A DNA stretch of 64,000 nucleotides from contig OZ253580.1 of assembly GCA_965263035.1 (NCBI GenBank), positions 1,280,001 through 1,344,000 on the forward strand, read 5' to 3'. Shown piece after piece: positions 9,608 through 19,386 of the stretch. The stretch comes from Acidobacteriota bacterium (GTDB lineage Bacteria > Acidobacteriota > UBA6911 > RPQK01 > JAJDTT01). The position numbers and the translations under genes were made by a program. The stretch's first letter is position 1; each line of letters begins with the position of its first letter. Below the pieces are notes generated by a model. The model made no database searches. It was not told where the DNA came from and worked only from the letters and a program-made list of their open reading frames with translations.

Positions 9608-10669
9608 TCATCCGACGTGGCGTGCGGCAGTTCTGGTACGGGCGGCCCGCTTCCGGTCCGCCAGCCTTCCGGCCCAGAGGACGGCCTGAATCAGGCTCTG
9701 GGGATTGGCCTGTCCGGTCCACGCAATGTCGAACGCGGTACCGTGCGCCACCGACGTGCGCACCAGGGGAAGGCCGAGGGTCATGTGGATACCCCGGTCG
9801 AAGGAGATCATCTTGAAGGGGATGTGGCCCTGATCGTGATACATGGTCACCACGGCCTGGTAGCGCGAACGGACCGCGGGCACGAAGAGCGTGTCGGCCG
9901 GCAAGGGCCCTTCCACGTCCATTCCCTCCCGGCGGGCCGCCTCCACCGCGGGACGAATCACACGCTCCTCCTCGCCGGAACCGAAGAGCCCGCCTTCCCC
10001 CGCGTGGGGATTGAGTCCTGAAACCGCCAACCGCGGCGTCTCGCCGTGCAGGTTCACCACCGCATCCCGAGTGAGCCGTATGGCCTCCAACACCCGAGCC
10101 GTCGTGAGTTCGCTGGGAACTCGCTCGACGCCGACGTGGCCCGTGACCATGCTGACCCGCAACTCGTCCGAAGCCAACATCATGTAGACCGCAGGTGAGC
10201 GGGTGACCGCGGCCAGGTAGTCGGTATGCCCCGCAAAGGGGATTCCGCCGGTTTGCAGGGCCTGCTTGTTGATGGGGCCCGTGGCCAGAGCCGCGAATTC
10301 GCCGTTCAGGGTTCTGGTGGTGGCTGCCTCCAGGTACCGAAAGGCGGCGCGGCCGCACGATGCCTGGATCCGGCCCGGACGAATTCGGTAAGCCTCCAAC
10401 CCTCCCAGATCCACCACGGCGGGAAAGGACTCGGGAAGATCCAGGAGCTCCTGCCCCTCGGTCACGACCCGATCCGGCCTGGGAAACCGGCAGCGGTGGG
10501 CGACGCGGGCCAACACCTCCCCGTCTCCGAACACGACCGGGATGCAGCGCTCAAGCACCTGCGGGTCGGCCAGCAGCCGTAGACAGATCTCAGGCCCGAT
10601 CCCGGCCGGATCTCCCATGGTGACCGCCACCCGCGGCCGCTGATTGGAAGCTGGAAAGTCCCTGCTCAC
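9608..10669 (-). CDS. pdxA: 4-hydroxythreonine-4-phosphate dehydrogenase (PdxA family)
   Basis: TMGDPAGIGPE, GPINK, GHTDY, GLNPHAGE, PADTLF, MYHDQG, TSVAHGTAFDIA. Confidence 0.93.
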   Translation of the reverse strand: MSRDFPASNQRPRVAVTMGDPAGIGPEICLRLLADPQVLERCIPVVFGDGEVLARVAHRCRFPRPDRVVTEGQELLDLPESFPAVVDLGGLEAYRIRPGRIQASCGRAAFRYLEAATTRTLNGEFAALATGPINKQALQTGGIPFAGHTDYLAAVTRSPAVYMMLASDELRVSMVTGHVGVERVPSELTTARVLEAIRLTRDAVVNLHGETPRLAVSGLNPHAGEGGLFGSGEEERVIRPAVEAARREGMDVEGPLPADTLFVPAVRSRYQAVVTMYHDQGHIPFKMISFDRGIHMTLGLPLVRTSVAHGTAFDIAWTGQANPQSLIQAVLWAGRLADRKRAARTRTAARHVG

Positions 10670-10778
10670 GCCTTCCGTCCCCTGTCACGCTCAGGTCGTT
10701 GACTCACAGAGGTTTTCGTCCAATGGAAGTCAACCCCGATGGCATTTCAATCTGAGGATGATAGCAGAACGCCGGGGG

Positions 10779-12065
10779 TCAACGGTTCCGCGTTGGCATA
10801 CCGCTTCGGGTCGTCAGGCGGTTTCCGGCGCGGCCCAGAACTTCTTCCGCGTTCCGGCCCCAGAGGGCCTCGATCTCGGGGTTCAGGTCGTACATCCACC
10901 TCACCAGTTCCTCGGTGGAGGCGCGCCGTTTGGACCGGATGCGGCGGGAGCCCTTCAGATGAGGGGACAGCGCCCGAGCCAAATCGGCGCTGAAGTAGAC
11001 GGCACCCCGATGGGACAGATGATGTCCATCCACGAACAGGTCCGGGTCGCTGTAATCGCGGCTTGCGCGGAGAATATCCACCTGCTCCCGGGCCGCCAAT
11101 GCCTCCAGGCGAGCCTGGTTCCGGGACATGACCGGACCGTGGACTCGGCGGAAGCTGTCGTGGACCGGCATGATGAGAAGAAGTGGCGTGATCCCCTGGC
11201 TGCGGCACGCCTCAAACAGCCCCACCAGGTTCTCCTCGTCCAGGAGAGTCTCCTCGTCGAAACGGGCGCGTTTGAAAAACCCCCCGGGCGTGTGGCCGTC
11301 ATAGGGTTGGGGACCCCAGCCGCAGGCGGTCTTGAAGCCGGACCGCCGCTCCAGATCCTTGAAGTGAACCGGAGTGGTTCGGGGGTCCCCCGCATCCCGA
11401 TAGCAGTCATCCAGGAACCAACAACCCAGATCGGGAAGCAGTTCCTGCTCGATCAGGTCTCGCCGGTAACGAAACAGGGAGAGGCGGTAGGAGAGAAAGC
11501 GGCTGACGAAACCCTCGACGGCGTCCCCCCCGGAGGCAGGCGCATGTTCCAGTCGATAGGCCAGAGATTCCCGGTAACGATCGATGAGCTTCCAGAGCTT
11601 GTGCTTCTGCAGCGGCCAGTCGGGACTGACCCCGAAAACCAGGAATTCGGGACGGATCTCGATATCCAGGAGATGGGGAAGAAACGCCTCCCGGGCGAAC
11701 CGGGCCACCTGGGAGCCTGTCCCGAAGTTGAACAGGGTCTGGTGGGGGACTCCCAGGGTGCGGGCCACCACTTCGGGGACGATTCCGTTCTTGGTGCGCG
11801 AATCTCCGGTGAATATGATTCTGGGAGGGGTGGAATACGCCTTGAGCAGTGCGTTTCGCCGGGTCACCCGCGGGTCGTGGTAGGGCAGGAGCTCCATATC
11901 GAACTGGGGCAGAACCAGCACCCTCCGATTCATCTCCAACAGAATGAAATCGGCCGCGATCAGGGCCAGCACCAGGCCGAGCAATATCTTGAGGAGGCGC
12001 TTGGCAAGGCCGGGCAGGTTCCTGTTCCGGCCCCTGAGCGCGGTCACCAATGGATCTTCAACCAT
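10779..12065 (-). CDS. Membrane-anchored SGNH/DltD-like partner of the MBOAT acyltransferase
   Basis: N-terminal TM helix, GDSR block I and DGHH (DxxH) catalytic-type motif; directly downstream of the MBOAT gene. Confidence 0.65.
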   Translation of the reverse strand: MVEDPLVTALRGRNRNLPGLAKRLLKILLGLVLALIAADFILLEMNRRVLVLPQFDMELLPYHDPRVTRRNALLKAYSTPPRIIFTGDSRTKNGIVPEVVARTLGVPHQTLFNFGTGSQVARFAREAFLPHLLDIEIRPEFLVFGVSPDWPLQKHKLWKLIDRYRESLAYRLEHAPASGGDAVEGFVSRFLSYRLSLFRYRRDLIEQELLPDLGCWFLDDCYRDAGDPRTTPVHFKDLERRSGFKTACGWGPQPYDGHTPGGFFKRARFDEETLLDEENLVGLFEACRSQGITPLLLIMPVHDSFRRVHGPVMSRNQARLEALAAREQVDILRASRDYSDPDLFVDGHHLSHRGAVYFSADLARALSPHLKGSRRIRSKRRASTEELVRWMYDLNPEIEALWGRNAEEVLGRAGNRLTTRSGMPTRNR

Positions 12066-12129
12066 ACGACTCCTTTGCCTGAATCGGATTATATCCCGCC
12101 CATCGAACCCTTCCCTCCGGATCTTGAGG

Positions 12130-13545
12130 TCAGAACTGGAAGTAGATGAAACTCGCCTGACCTCCGGCAAACAGATAGAGCACCAGCAGACCTCCCAACA
12201 TGGTCCAGCTCCAGCTCAAGGACCGCGACGACGCCAGCCGACGGGACAGGCGGCCCACTCGATAGCTGAGGACGTGGATCAAGGCGAACGCCGCGATCAG
12301 GAAGAGGGCCAAGGGGTGGCTGTCGATCAGTGCTGAGAGGCCGGCGGAGGTGAAATCCCAGAAAATCATCTTCTTAACGTAGAAAGCCAGCTTGCCCAGG
12401 TCGGAGAGAATGAAGATCAGCCAGCCGATGCAGGTGAGATAGAAGGTCCCCAGGATCTTCAGGGGGTCCCAGATCCGGGACCCGGATGCCGGCCGCCGCC
12501 AGATCAGGACTTTGTGAAGAATGAGGAGAATCCCCTGATACAGACCCCAGAGAACGAAGTGCCACGCGGCGCCGTGCCAGAGTCCGCCCAGGAGCATGGT
12601 CACCAGCAGGTTCACCAACTGGCGCGGCCGGCCCTTCCGGTTCCCACCCAGGGGAATGTAGAGGTAGTCCCGGAGCCAGCTGGAGAGGCTGATGTGCCAC
12701 CGTTTCCAGAATTCGGTGATGTTGCGGGAAAAATAGGGGAAGTTGAAATTGTCGGGGAAACGAAAGCCCAGAACCCGGGCCGAACCGATGGCGATGTCGG
12801 TGTATCCCGAGAAGTCGCAGTAGATCTGGATGGCGAAGGCGGCGATGCCCAGGAACACGGCCAGCGAATCCCGGGTCAGATCCCCGTGGAAGACCGTCTC
12901 GACGAATTCCGACAGGTTGTCCGCAACACAGACCTTCTTGATGAGCCCGTAGAGGATCAGCGTCGATCCGAACCGGATCTGGTCCCAGTTGACCATGGGC
13001 ATCCGGACGAGCTGGGGCAGGAAATGGCGTGCCCGGACGATGGGACCGGCCACCAGTTGGGGAAAGAAGGAGACGTAGAGGGCGAACTGCCGTATGGAGT
13101 CCACAGGCTTCAGCTTGCCGAAGTAGATGTCGAGCGTGTAGCTCATGCTCTGGAAGGTGTAGAAGGAGATCCCGATAGGCAGGAAGATCTCCCATCCCGA
13201 GAGCCGGACGCCGAAGCCCAGGCTACCGAACAGGGCTTCCAGGCTGGAAAAGGCGAAGTTGGTGTACTTGAAGTATGCCAGGACCCCCAGGTTGCCGGCG
13301 ATGCTGCAGGCCAGGAAGATTCGGCGGGTCCGCAATCGGGTCGAATTGCCGATGGCCCGGCCGCAGTAGAAATCGAGGAAGCTGGAATAGAGGAGCAGGA
13401 GGACGAACCAGGTCGACGACACCCAGTAGAAGTAGTAGCTGGCCAACAGCAGGAACACATGCTGGAAACGGCGCCTGCGGACCGAGTCGGTGACCAGGAG
13501 CACCAGCAGGAAGAAGAGGATGTAGTGGAAGCTGTTGAAGAGCAT
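12130..13545 (-). CDS. MBOAT O-acyltransferase (AlgI/DltB/PatA family)
   Basis: MLFNS start, LPIGISFYTFQ, FFPQLVAGPI, DFSGYTDIA, FWKRWHISLSSWLRDYLYIPLGG, GLWHGA. Confidence 0.93.
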   Translation of the reverse strand: MLFNSFHYILFFLLVLLVTDSVRRRRFQHVFLLLASYYFYWVSSTWFVLLLLYSSFLDFYCGRAIGNSTRLRTRRIFLACSIAGNLGVLAYFKYTNFAFSSLEALFGSLGFGVRLSGWEIFLPIGISFYTFQSMSYTLDIYFGKLKPVDSIRQFALYVSFFPQLVAGPIVRARHFLPQLVRMPMVNWDQIRFGSTLILYGLIKKVCVADNLSEFVETVFHGDLTRDSLAVFLGIAAFAIQIYCDFSGYTDIAIGSARVLGFRFPDNFNFPYFSRNITEFWKRWHISLSSWLRDYLYIPLGGNRKGRPRQLVNLLVTMLLGGLWHGAAWHFVLWGLYQGILLILHKVLIWRRPASGSRIWDPLKILGTFYLTCIGWLIFILSDLGKLAFYVKKMIFWDFTSAGLSALIDSHPLALFLIAAFALIHVLSYRVGRLSRRLASSRSLSWSWTMLGGLLVLYLFAGGQASFIYFQF

Positions 13546-13563
13546 CTCAGCCGGCGGCGGGAA

Positions 13564-14595
13564 TCACGGGATCCCAGGCCACGATTCCATGGGGTCGGTG
13601 GACCGGACCACATGCATTCCGGCGTCGGCGAACCGGCGGAAGGCGGCTGTGGCGTCCTTCGTGTAGTCGACGACGCCGGGGACCACCACCGGCGAGGTGC
13701 AATCCTCCAGCAGGTAGACCGTTTCGGCGAAATTCGCCGGACCGGCCGAGCACTCTTCCAGAAGATGATCCACGGTCCAGGCCACGCAGTGGCTCTTGGC
13801 CTGTCCCGCCACGATGACCACGTCGAACGTCATGAGGGACTCCAGCAAGGTCCGGTTCTTCTCGCCGATGGGAGCGCCGTCGGCTCCCTCCATCACTTCC
13901 GGACCCAGAACCGAGTAGTGCTCCGTCAAGGGCGAGTCTCCCTTGACCTGGAAATCGGGCTGACTCTGGCGGCAGACGCTGTGAAAGAAGATGGCCTCCT
14001 CCAAAGACGACACCAAGGCATGACCGATCCCGCCCAACAGGCCATGGTAGGGCCAGACGGTGAGTTGGTAGTGGCCTTCTTCCTGAAGCCGGCTCACGTA
14101 GTGAAGGAGATGAGCCTGGCCGGTCTCCGGATCCATGCCGATCTGGGAGCAGGCGGCCGGATTGATTCGCCAGAGTCCCCGGCGCACGTCCTCGGGTGAG
14201 ACGACGGTGTACGGATCGGGGTGCTCTCCGGCCTCGTTGATCAGAAACAGGGGATGGAAGATCTGCACCGGACGGTGCGTGTCCAGGGTCGGACAGATCC
14301 GGGTGATGACGCCCAGATTTCGATAGAGAAACCGGCACAGCCGCCGGTTGTCCTCCACCGAAGCCCGCCCGGATGCTCCCGCCACGAAGAGCTCGAATCC
14401 GGGAATGCAAAAGGTGTTCTGCACGTCCACGGCCACCAGACAGACCCGGATACGATCCTGGGCGGCAGGTGTGACGCCGCAACGGACTCTCCACTCCCCG
14501 GCTTCCCGGGCTCTCTCCTGATAGGGAACGCGCCAAACCTGATCGACCCGGTCAGGATCGAAGTGGGGGGGGGCCGGAAGTTGGGGCCAGGGCAT
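13564..14595 (-). CDS. Cysteine hydrolase (isochorismatase/nicotinamidase-like)
   Basis: [28 protein letters not shown] motifs; ATG at 14595. Confidence 0.8.
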   Translation of the reverse strand: MPWPQLPAPPHFDPDRVDQVWRVPYQERAREAGEWRVRCGVTPAAQDRIRVCLVAVDVQNTFCIPGFELFVAGASGRASVEDNRRLCRFLYRNLGVITRICPTLDTHRPVQIFHPLFLINEAGEHPDPYTVVSPEDVRRGLWRINPAACSQIGMDPETGQAHLLHYVSRLQEEGHYQLTVWPYHGLLGGIGHALVSSLEEAIFFHSVCRQSQPDFQVKGDSPLTEHYSVLGPEVMEGADGAPIGEKNRTLLESLMTFDVVIVAGQAKSHCVAWTVDHLLEECSAGPANFAETVYLLEDCTSPVVVPGVVDYTKDATAAFRRFADAGMHVVRSTDPMESWPGIP

Positions 14596-14605
14596 GCGAG
14601 CGGTT

Positions 14606-14881
14606 TCAGCGATTGTAACCGGTCTCTTCGTACCACTCGGCGTTGATCTCAAGGTAGTGTTCCCACTCCTCGGGAACTTCGTCGTCAGGAAAGATGGCCT
14701 CGACCGGGCACTCGGGAACACAGGCGCCGCAATCGATGCACTCCACCGGGTCGATGTAGAGCATGGTGGCCTCGGTGAACTCGACTTCATCCGCGCGGGG
14801 ATGGATGCAATCGACCGGACAGGAATCCACGCAGGCCGTGTCCTTGGTTCCGATACAGGGCTCAGCGATGACGAAGGTCAT
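14606..14881 (-). CDS. fdxA: 7Fe-type ferredoxin ([3Fe-4S]/[4Fe-4S])
   Basis: [27 protein letters not shown]...[23 protein letters not shown]; RBS GGAGG upstream. Confidence 0.88.
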   Translation of the reverse strand: MTFVIAEPCIGTKDTACVDSCPVDCIHPRADEVEFTEATMLYIDPVECIDCGACVPECPVEAIFPDDEVPEEWEHYLEINAEWYEETGYNR

Positions 14882-15056
14882 GATTTCCTCCCTCGAAGAC
14901 GCTACCCAATTTAACGGAAAAAGAATCCAGGTCAAGCGGAGCGGCGGCTTTCCAGGCACCGATTGGGGTGGGGAATGGGAGAAACTTCAAGTCCCCCTTC
15001 TCAGTCCCATCCAGTTTCTCCCCCGGGCGAATGCGGTGTCGAGTCACGTCACGGAC

Positions 15057-15065
15057 TGCTAGAAT
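15057..15065 (+). promoter_or_regulatory. Extended -10 promoter, probably leaderless, for the WYL pair
   Basis: TG-C-TAGAAT ending 8 nt before the GTG start at 15074; no Shine-Dalgarno sequence. Confidence 0.5.
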
Positions 15066-15073
15066 ACCACGCA

Positions 15074-16045
15074 GTGAACCGCACCGAACGCCTTCTGGAC
15101 TTGATCGCCTACCTCCTCAACTCCAGCGACCCGGTCTCCTGGAGAGAGATCAAGAACCACTTCCCGGAAGACTATTCCCGAGGCGTCGAGGAGTCGAATC
15201 AGCGAAAATTCGAGCGCGACAAGGCCGAGCTCATCACCTTGGGGATTCCCATCGACTACAAGAGCGGCGCCGAGGTGTCCAAAGAGGGCTACGGCATCCG
15301 GGAGGACAAGCTCTTCCTTCGTGAAATCAAGTTCGATCCCACCGAGTCCTCCTTGCTGATGCTTTCGGCGGAGGCCGTCCGGGACAATTCAAACTTTCCC
15401 TACCAGGCGCAGCTGAAATCGGCTCTCTACAAGATCATCAGCGTCAGTCAGGTGACCCCTCCGCCTCCCGAATTGAAGATCTCCTTTCCCAACGGGGGAA
15501 AAACCGGAAAATGGCCGAACCTGGTGCATCAGATCCGGGAAGCCTTGGAGCGGAAAAAGAGTGTCGAGATCGAGTACTACGCCTTCTCCACGCGCGAGAC
15601 GACCCGGCGCAAGGTCGATCCTTACGGCCTGATCTTGAGGAGGGGCCACTGGACGCTCGTGGGTTGGGACCACCTGCGGCAGGGGCTTCGATGCTTCGTC
15701 CTCGCCCGCATGAGCGAGGTCACCGTCAACCGGAGGCGCCCCGGGAGTCCCGACTACACGATTCCCAGTGGATTCACCTTGAAGCCGTACCAGAACCAAC
15801 AACCCTGGGAACTGGCCATCCACGAGCCGGTTCGGGTTTCGGTGGAGATTTCCGAACACCGGTTGCCCGAACTGCTCCCCCAGTTGAACCGCGCCGTTCC
15901 CAGGGGTGAGAACCGCTTCGACATCGAGGTGACCAATCGGTCCGGTTTCGTCTCCTGGGTTCTGGAACTGAAGACCGATGCCCGGGTTCTGGCTCCGGCG
16001 GAGATTCGAAACGAGATCTACCGGACGCTCCAAAATCTGTTATGA
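15074..16045 (+). CDS. pafB: HTH-WYL-WCX transcriptional regulator, PafB-like
   Basis: RTERLLDLIAYLL HTH, RKFERDKAELITLGIPI (PafB signature), RRKVDPYGL...WTLVGWD...RCFVLARM WYL domain. Confidence 0.8.
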   Translation: MNRTERLLDLIAYLLNSSDPVSWREIKNHFPEDYSRGVEESNQRKFERDKAELITLGIPIDYKSGAEVSKEGYGIREDKLFLREIKFDPTESSLLMLSAEAVRDNSNFPYQAQLKSALYKIISVSQVTPPPPELKISFPNGGKTGKWPNLVHQIREALERKKSVEIEYYAFSTRETTRRKVDPYGLILRRGHWTLVGWDHLRQGLRCFVLARMSEVTVNRRRPGSPDYTIPSGFTLKPYQNQQPWELAIHEPVRVSVEISEHRLPELLPQLNRAVPRGENRFDIEVTNRSGFVSWVLELKTDARVLAPAEIRNEIYRTLQNLL

Positions 16046-17010
16046 ACGTCGCGGACCGAATCAACCGGATACTGCTCATCCTGAGCTACGTCACCCAGAA
16101 CCAGGGGATCTGGTTGGACGATCTGGCCCGCCGCGTGGAGATGCGTCCCCAGGAACTGTTGAAGGAGCTTGAGTTCATGCTCCTCATCGGGAAGCCTCCC
16201 TTTCGCCCCGACGATTATGTGGACATCTACGTGGAGGACCGGCGCGTCTACGTCGAGTTCGACCAGATGTTGAACCGTCCATTGCGCTTCACCAGACCGG
16301 AAGCGGTGGCGTTGCTGGTCTCTCTCCAGTTGTTGGACCCGGAAGTTGACCCCGCGGCCGTCGAGTCTCTGAAGAGAAAGATCCGACAGGCCATTGCCCG
16401 TTCGGAGGACACCCGTTCCCGGATCGAGAATCGAGTCGTCGTGGACCGGCCGTCCCGTCCCGTCTCGGAACACTTTGCGCTCTTGCGCCAAGCCGTCGAG
16501 GAACATTTCAAGGTGCGGATCGATTATTTCTCTCTGACCCGAAACGAGACTTTGAGCCGCAAGGTTCGCCCCTACTACCTGACCAAACGTCTGGGCTACT
16601 GGTACCTGGAGGGCTACTGCGAGCTCCGGCGTGACGTTCGGACCTTCAAGTTCGATCGGGTCCTGGCGGTGGACCTGTTGAACGACTCCTTCTCCCGCCC
16701 CGAGGGCGTGGACGTGCGCGAAGACGGAAACAACTTCCTGCGGTTTGCAGGCGATCGCAAGATGCGGGTCTATTTCGACGCGGACGTGGCTCCCTGGATC
16801 AAGGAGCAATGGGGGGATTCGGTGGAACCGGGGGAAGACGATGGCGTGGTCCTTACCCTGGAGAGTGAGACCCTGGAGTTCCCTTCCCGCCTGATTCTGA
16901 GGTTTGCGCCGCACGCCCGGCCCTTGAGCCCTCCCGAGCTGATCGAGAAGGTCCGGAGCGATGCCAGGAAGGTATTGGACCTGTACGATACGCCGGTTTC
17001 GGCTTCATGA
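16042..17010 (+). CDS. pafC: HTH-WYL-WCX transcriptional regulator, PafC-like
   Basis: ATGA overlap with the pafB-like gene; GKPPFRPDDYVDI (PafC-like), RPLRFTRPEA, RKVRPY...WYLEGYC...RTFKFDRV. Confidence 0.8.
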   Translation: MNVADRINRILLILSYVTQNQGIWLDDLARRVEMRPQELLKELEFMLLIGKPPFRPDDYVDIYVEDRRVYVEFDQMLNRPLRFTRPEAVALLVSLQLLDPEVDPAAVESLKRKIRQAIARSEDTRSRIENRVVVDRPSRPVSEHFALLRQAVEEHFKVRIDYFSLTRNETLSRKVRPYYLTKRLGYWYLEGYCELRRDVRTFKFDRVLAVDLLNDSFSRPEGVDVREDGNNFLRFAGDRKMRVYFDADVAPWIKEQWGDSVEPGEDDGVVLTLESETLEFPSRLILRFAPHARPLSPPELIEKVRSDARKVLDLYDTPVSAS

Positions 17011-17216
17011 ATGCCGCTGCCTGTCGCCGATTCCGGATCAATAACCCGCTACTTCCACCAAGGGGCACGATGATCGCACCAGATTTTCGCTTCCAGTACG
17101 TCTCCGGCACAGTCGGCTCCCGGGAGACTTCGATAGAATACCGGTGGTGGACTGATGATCATCATGCACTCGGCGACCCACCGAGAAATGCGGGGTAGAA
17201 GGCAACCCGAACAAGG

Positions 17217-17792
17217 ATGGAGAGTGTCGTCATGAAGAAAACAGCGCGAAGAGGGGTGGTGCCGATCTGGATGGTTCTCCTGGCTCTGTCCTGCGGACCG
17301 GTTTCCGACGAGGACGCCTCGACCGGGTCCGAAGCGGCAATGGAGGCCGACCCTGGCCTGGCCGCGGCCGCCATTCTCCATCCCACCGAAGGAAACGCCA
17401 CCGAGGGAATCGTTGCCTTCGAGGAGATGGGCGGTGGAATTCACGTCATGGCTCACGTGACCGGACTGGAGCCGGGCCGATACGGTCTGCATGTTCACGA
17501 GATGGGAGACTGCAGTTCGGGGGACGGGACGAGCGCAGGCGCTATCTTCGACCCCGAAGGATCCGGCTCGGGAACTCCCGCCGGTCAATTGGGCGAGATC
17601 GAAGCCGACGAAAGCGGCATGGCCCACTTCATGACCGATGTGCAGCAGATCGCTTTGTCGGAGGGTCCTCGATCCGTGGTCGGCCGCTCGATAGTGATCA
17701 TGACGGTAGGAGGAGAGGCCATCACATCCCTGGCCTGCGGGGTCATCGAACCCCAGGCGCCGGGCGCCATGCGGGAGGGGTCGGGATACTGA
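17217..17792 (+). CDS. Cu/Zn superoxide dismutase-fold lipoprotein with degenerate metal ligands
   Basis: Lipobox LALSC; GLEPGRYGLHVHEMGDCSS, SAG, VVGRSIVI, LACGVI; several His/Asp ligands replaced. Start may be 17232. Confidence 0.75.
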   Translation: MESVVMKKTARRGVVPIWMVLLALSCGPVSDEDASTGSEAAMEADPGLAAAAILHPTEGNATEGIVAFEEMGGGIHVMAHVTGLEPGRYGLHVHEMGDCSSGDGTSAGAIFDPEGSGSGTPAGQLGEIEADESGMAHFMTDVQQIALSEGPRSVVGRSIVIMTVGGEAITSLACGVIEPQAPGAMREGSGY

Positions 17793-17872
17793 TCCCGGAT
17801 TCTCCTGGTCTCGGCCCCGATCTGGAGAATCTGCCCGACTCGATAACCAGCGGACTATTCCGTCTCAGGCTG

Positions 17873-18355
17873 TCAGTCCGAAACTTTGAGCTCCGCCGTC
17901 AACCTCCTGTTGCCCCAGTCCGCCCTGAGTATGACCGCTCCGGTGTCATGGCCGTACCTGCTGCGGAGGAGGTAGATGGTGAACGTCTCCACGCTGTCGT
18001 CGACGACTTCCGTCTTGAGGGGAACCACCGCCTCGTCTCCATTCAAGAGCAACTCCCATTGGTCGGCGCCCACGCACTTGGCCTGCAACTTGTAATCGCC
18101 TGCGGGAATCGAGACCCCGCCGGACACGAGATTCGCTTCCGTCTTCATGGTCGTGGGCGCGTTCATGCCCAGGCGCCAGATCAATCCCGATCCGGCCTTG
18201 CCCAGCATGTCGCGGCCCCGCAGCGAGGGACGTCCGTATTCGATGGAGACCTTCTTCCCTTTCAAGGTCACCTCGGCGGTTCCGCGGAGATCCTGCTGGG
18301 CCTCCAACGAGAACTGAGTCAATAGAACTGCTACAACGACCAGAGCTTTCTTCAT
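17873..18355 (-). CDS. DUF2911 domain secreted protein
   Basis: Signal peptide; IEYGRPSLRGR and WRLGMNAPT motifs. Confidence 0.8.
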   Translation of the reverse strand: MKKALVVVAVLLTQFSLEAQQDLRGTAEVTLKGKKVSIEYGRPSLRGRDMLGKAGSGLIWRLGMNAPTTMKTEANLVSGGVSIPAGDYKLQAKCVGADQWELLLNGDEAVVPLKTEVVDDSVETFTIYLLRSRYGHDTGAVILRADWGNRRLTAELKVSD

Positions 18356-18509
18356 GAATCTTCTCCTCGATCAATTCCTTGATGGAAAGTGTGAACTCGA
18401 CCCGACCGCCGGCGAACCCGGCAGGACGCGACACGCGCAGAATCACACAACATTTTTGACTTGGCGTCAATTCGAGCCGGCAGCATCGTCGACCTGACCG
18501 GTACCACCG

Positions 18510-18556
18510 TTGACGGACGAAAACCCGGCAGCCTACACTTGACCAAGGTTGACCAA
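18510..18556 (+). promoter_or_regulatory. Sigma70 promoter and tandem TTGACCAA operator for the second TA operon
   Basis: TTGACG(18510)-18 bp-TACACT(18534); TTGACCAA at 18539 and 18549. Confidence 0.6.
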
Positions 18557-18570
18557 CTTCGGAGCTGGAC

Positions 18571-18816
18571 ATGGCTGAAACGGTCTACAATCTCTACGAA
18601 GCCAAATCGTCTCTCTCTCGTCTCGTTGATCGGGCTGCTGGAGGAGAGGAGATCATCATCGCCAAGTCTGGAAAACCCTTGGCGCGTCTGGTTCCCCTGC
18701 GACAAAGAGTCGCCCGGCGCAAGCCTGGGGGATGGGAAGGCCGTGTTTACATCTCGGAAGACTTTGACGAGCCACTGCCGCCGGAGATCCTATCGGCTTT
18801 CGAAGGACGGGGGTAA
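18571..18816 (+). CDS. Phd/YefM-family antitoxin
   Basis: YNLYEAKSSLSRLVDRAAGGEEIIIAKSGKPLARLVP...SEDFDEPLP. Confidence 0.9.
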   Translation: MAETVYNLYEAKSSLSRLVDRAAGGEEIIIAKSGKPLARLVPLRQRVARRKPGGWEGRVYISEDFDEPLPPEILSAFEGRG

Positions 18817-18818
18817 AC

Positions 18819-19190
18819 TTGCTGCTACTGGATACCCATGTCTTCCTGTGGTGGCGAAGCCAGCCCTCCAAGATATCCCCAGACGTAACCAGGGCGATTG
18901 CGGCCGCGGAAGTCGTCTTCGTCAGCACAGCCTCGGCCTGGGAAGCTTCGATCAAAGCTGCCCTGGGGAAGCTGAGGCTCCCTGAGAGTTTCGAGTCGGG
19001 AGTTGCCAATAGCGGCTTCCAACAGTTGCCGATTGGCTTTGGCCACGCCGGCCGGGTTTCAGACCTGCCTCCTCATCACCAGGATCCCTTCGATCGCATG
19101 CTGATTGCCCAGGCACAATCGGAGGGCTTGACCCTGGTCAGCCACGATCGACGGCTGGCACCCTACGACGTGCCCATCCTCTGGGTTTGA
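18819..19190 (+). CDS. vapC: PIN-domain toxin (VapC family)
   Basis: LLLDTHVFLW, SAWEASIK, HHQDPFDRMLIAQA, LVSHD. Confidence 0.9.
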   Translation: MLLLDTHVFLWWRSQPSKISPDVTRAIAAAEVVFVSTASAWEASIKAALGKLRLPESFESGVANSGFQQLPIGFGHAGRVSDLPPHHQDPFDRMLIAQAQSEGLTLVSHDRRLAPYDVPILWV

Positions 19191-19225
19191 TCCCTGGTCC
19201 TGGAACAGCTCTCCGGACCTGGCAG

Positions 19226-19246
19226 AAATGGACTGTCCCCTTTTCG
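19226..19246 (+). repeat. REP-like motif AAAYRGACTGTCCCCTYTTCG (further copies near 20662, 41185, 47145)
   Basis: Four intergenic copies in the same orientation, some with partial tandem re-duplication of CCCCTTTTCG. Confidence 0.65.
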
Positions 19247-19386
19247 CCGTCCCCTCTTTGCATCAACGGATAGGCGGGTCACTTGAACGGGTATGCAGGA
19301 GGACCGGGGAGTCTTCTCAAGACAAGTGGACTCAGCCCTGATGAACCGTTGGGTCGAGATCGGAGGTTCCAGAAGGAGGGTGCAAA

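Noticed and set aside
15030-15070. PafBC-type promoter motif (TGTCGG-N10-TANNNT) upstream of the WYL pair
   Set aside because: TGTCGA lies 18 nt from TAGAAT, which is ordinary -35 spacing rather than 10 nt.
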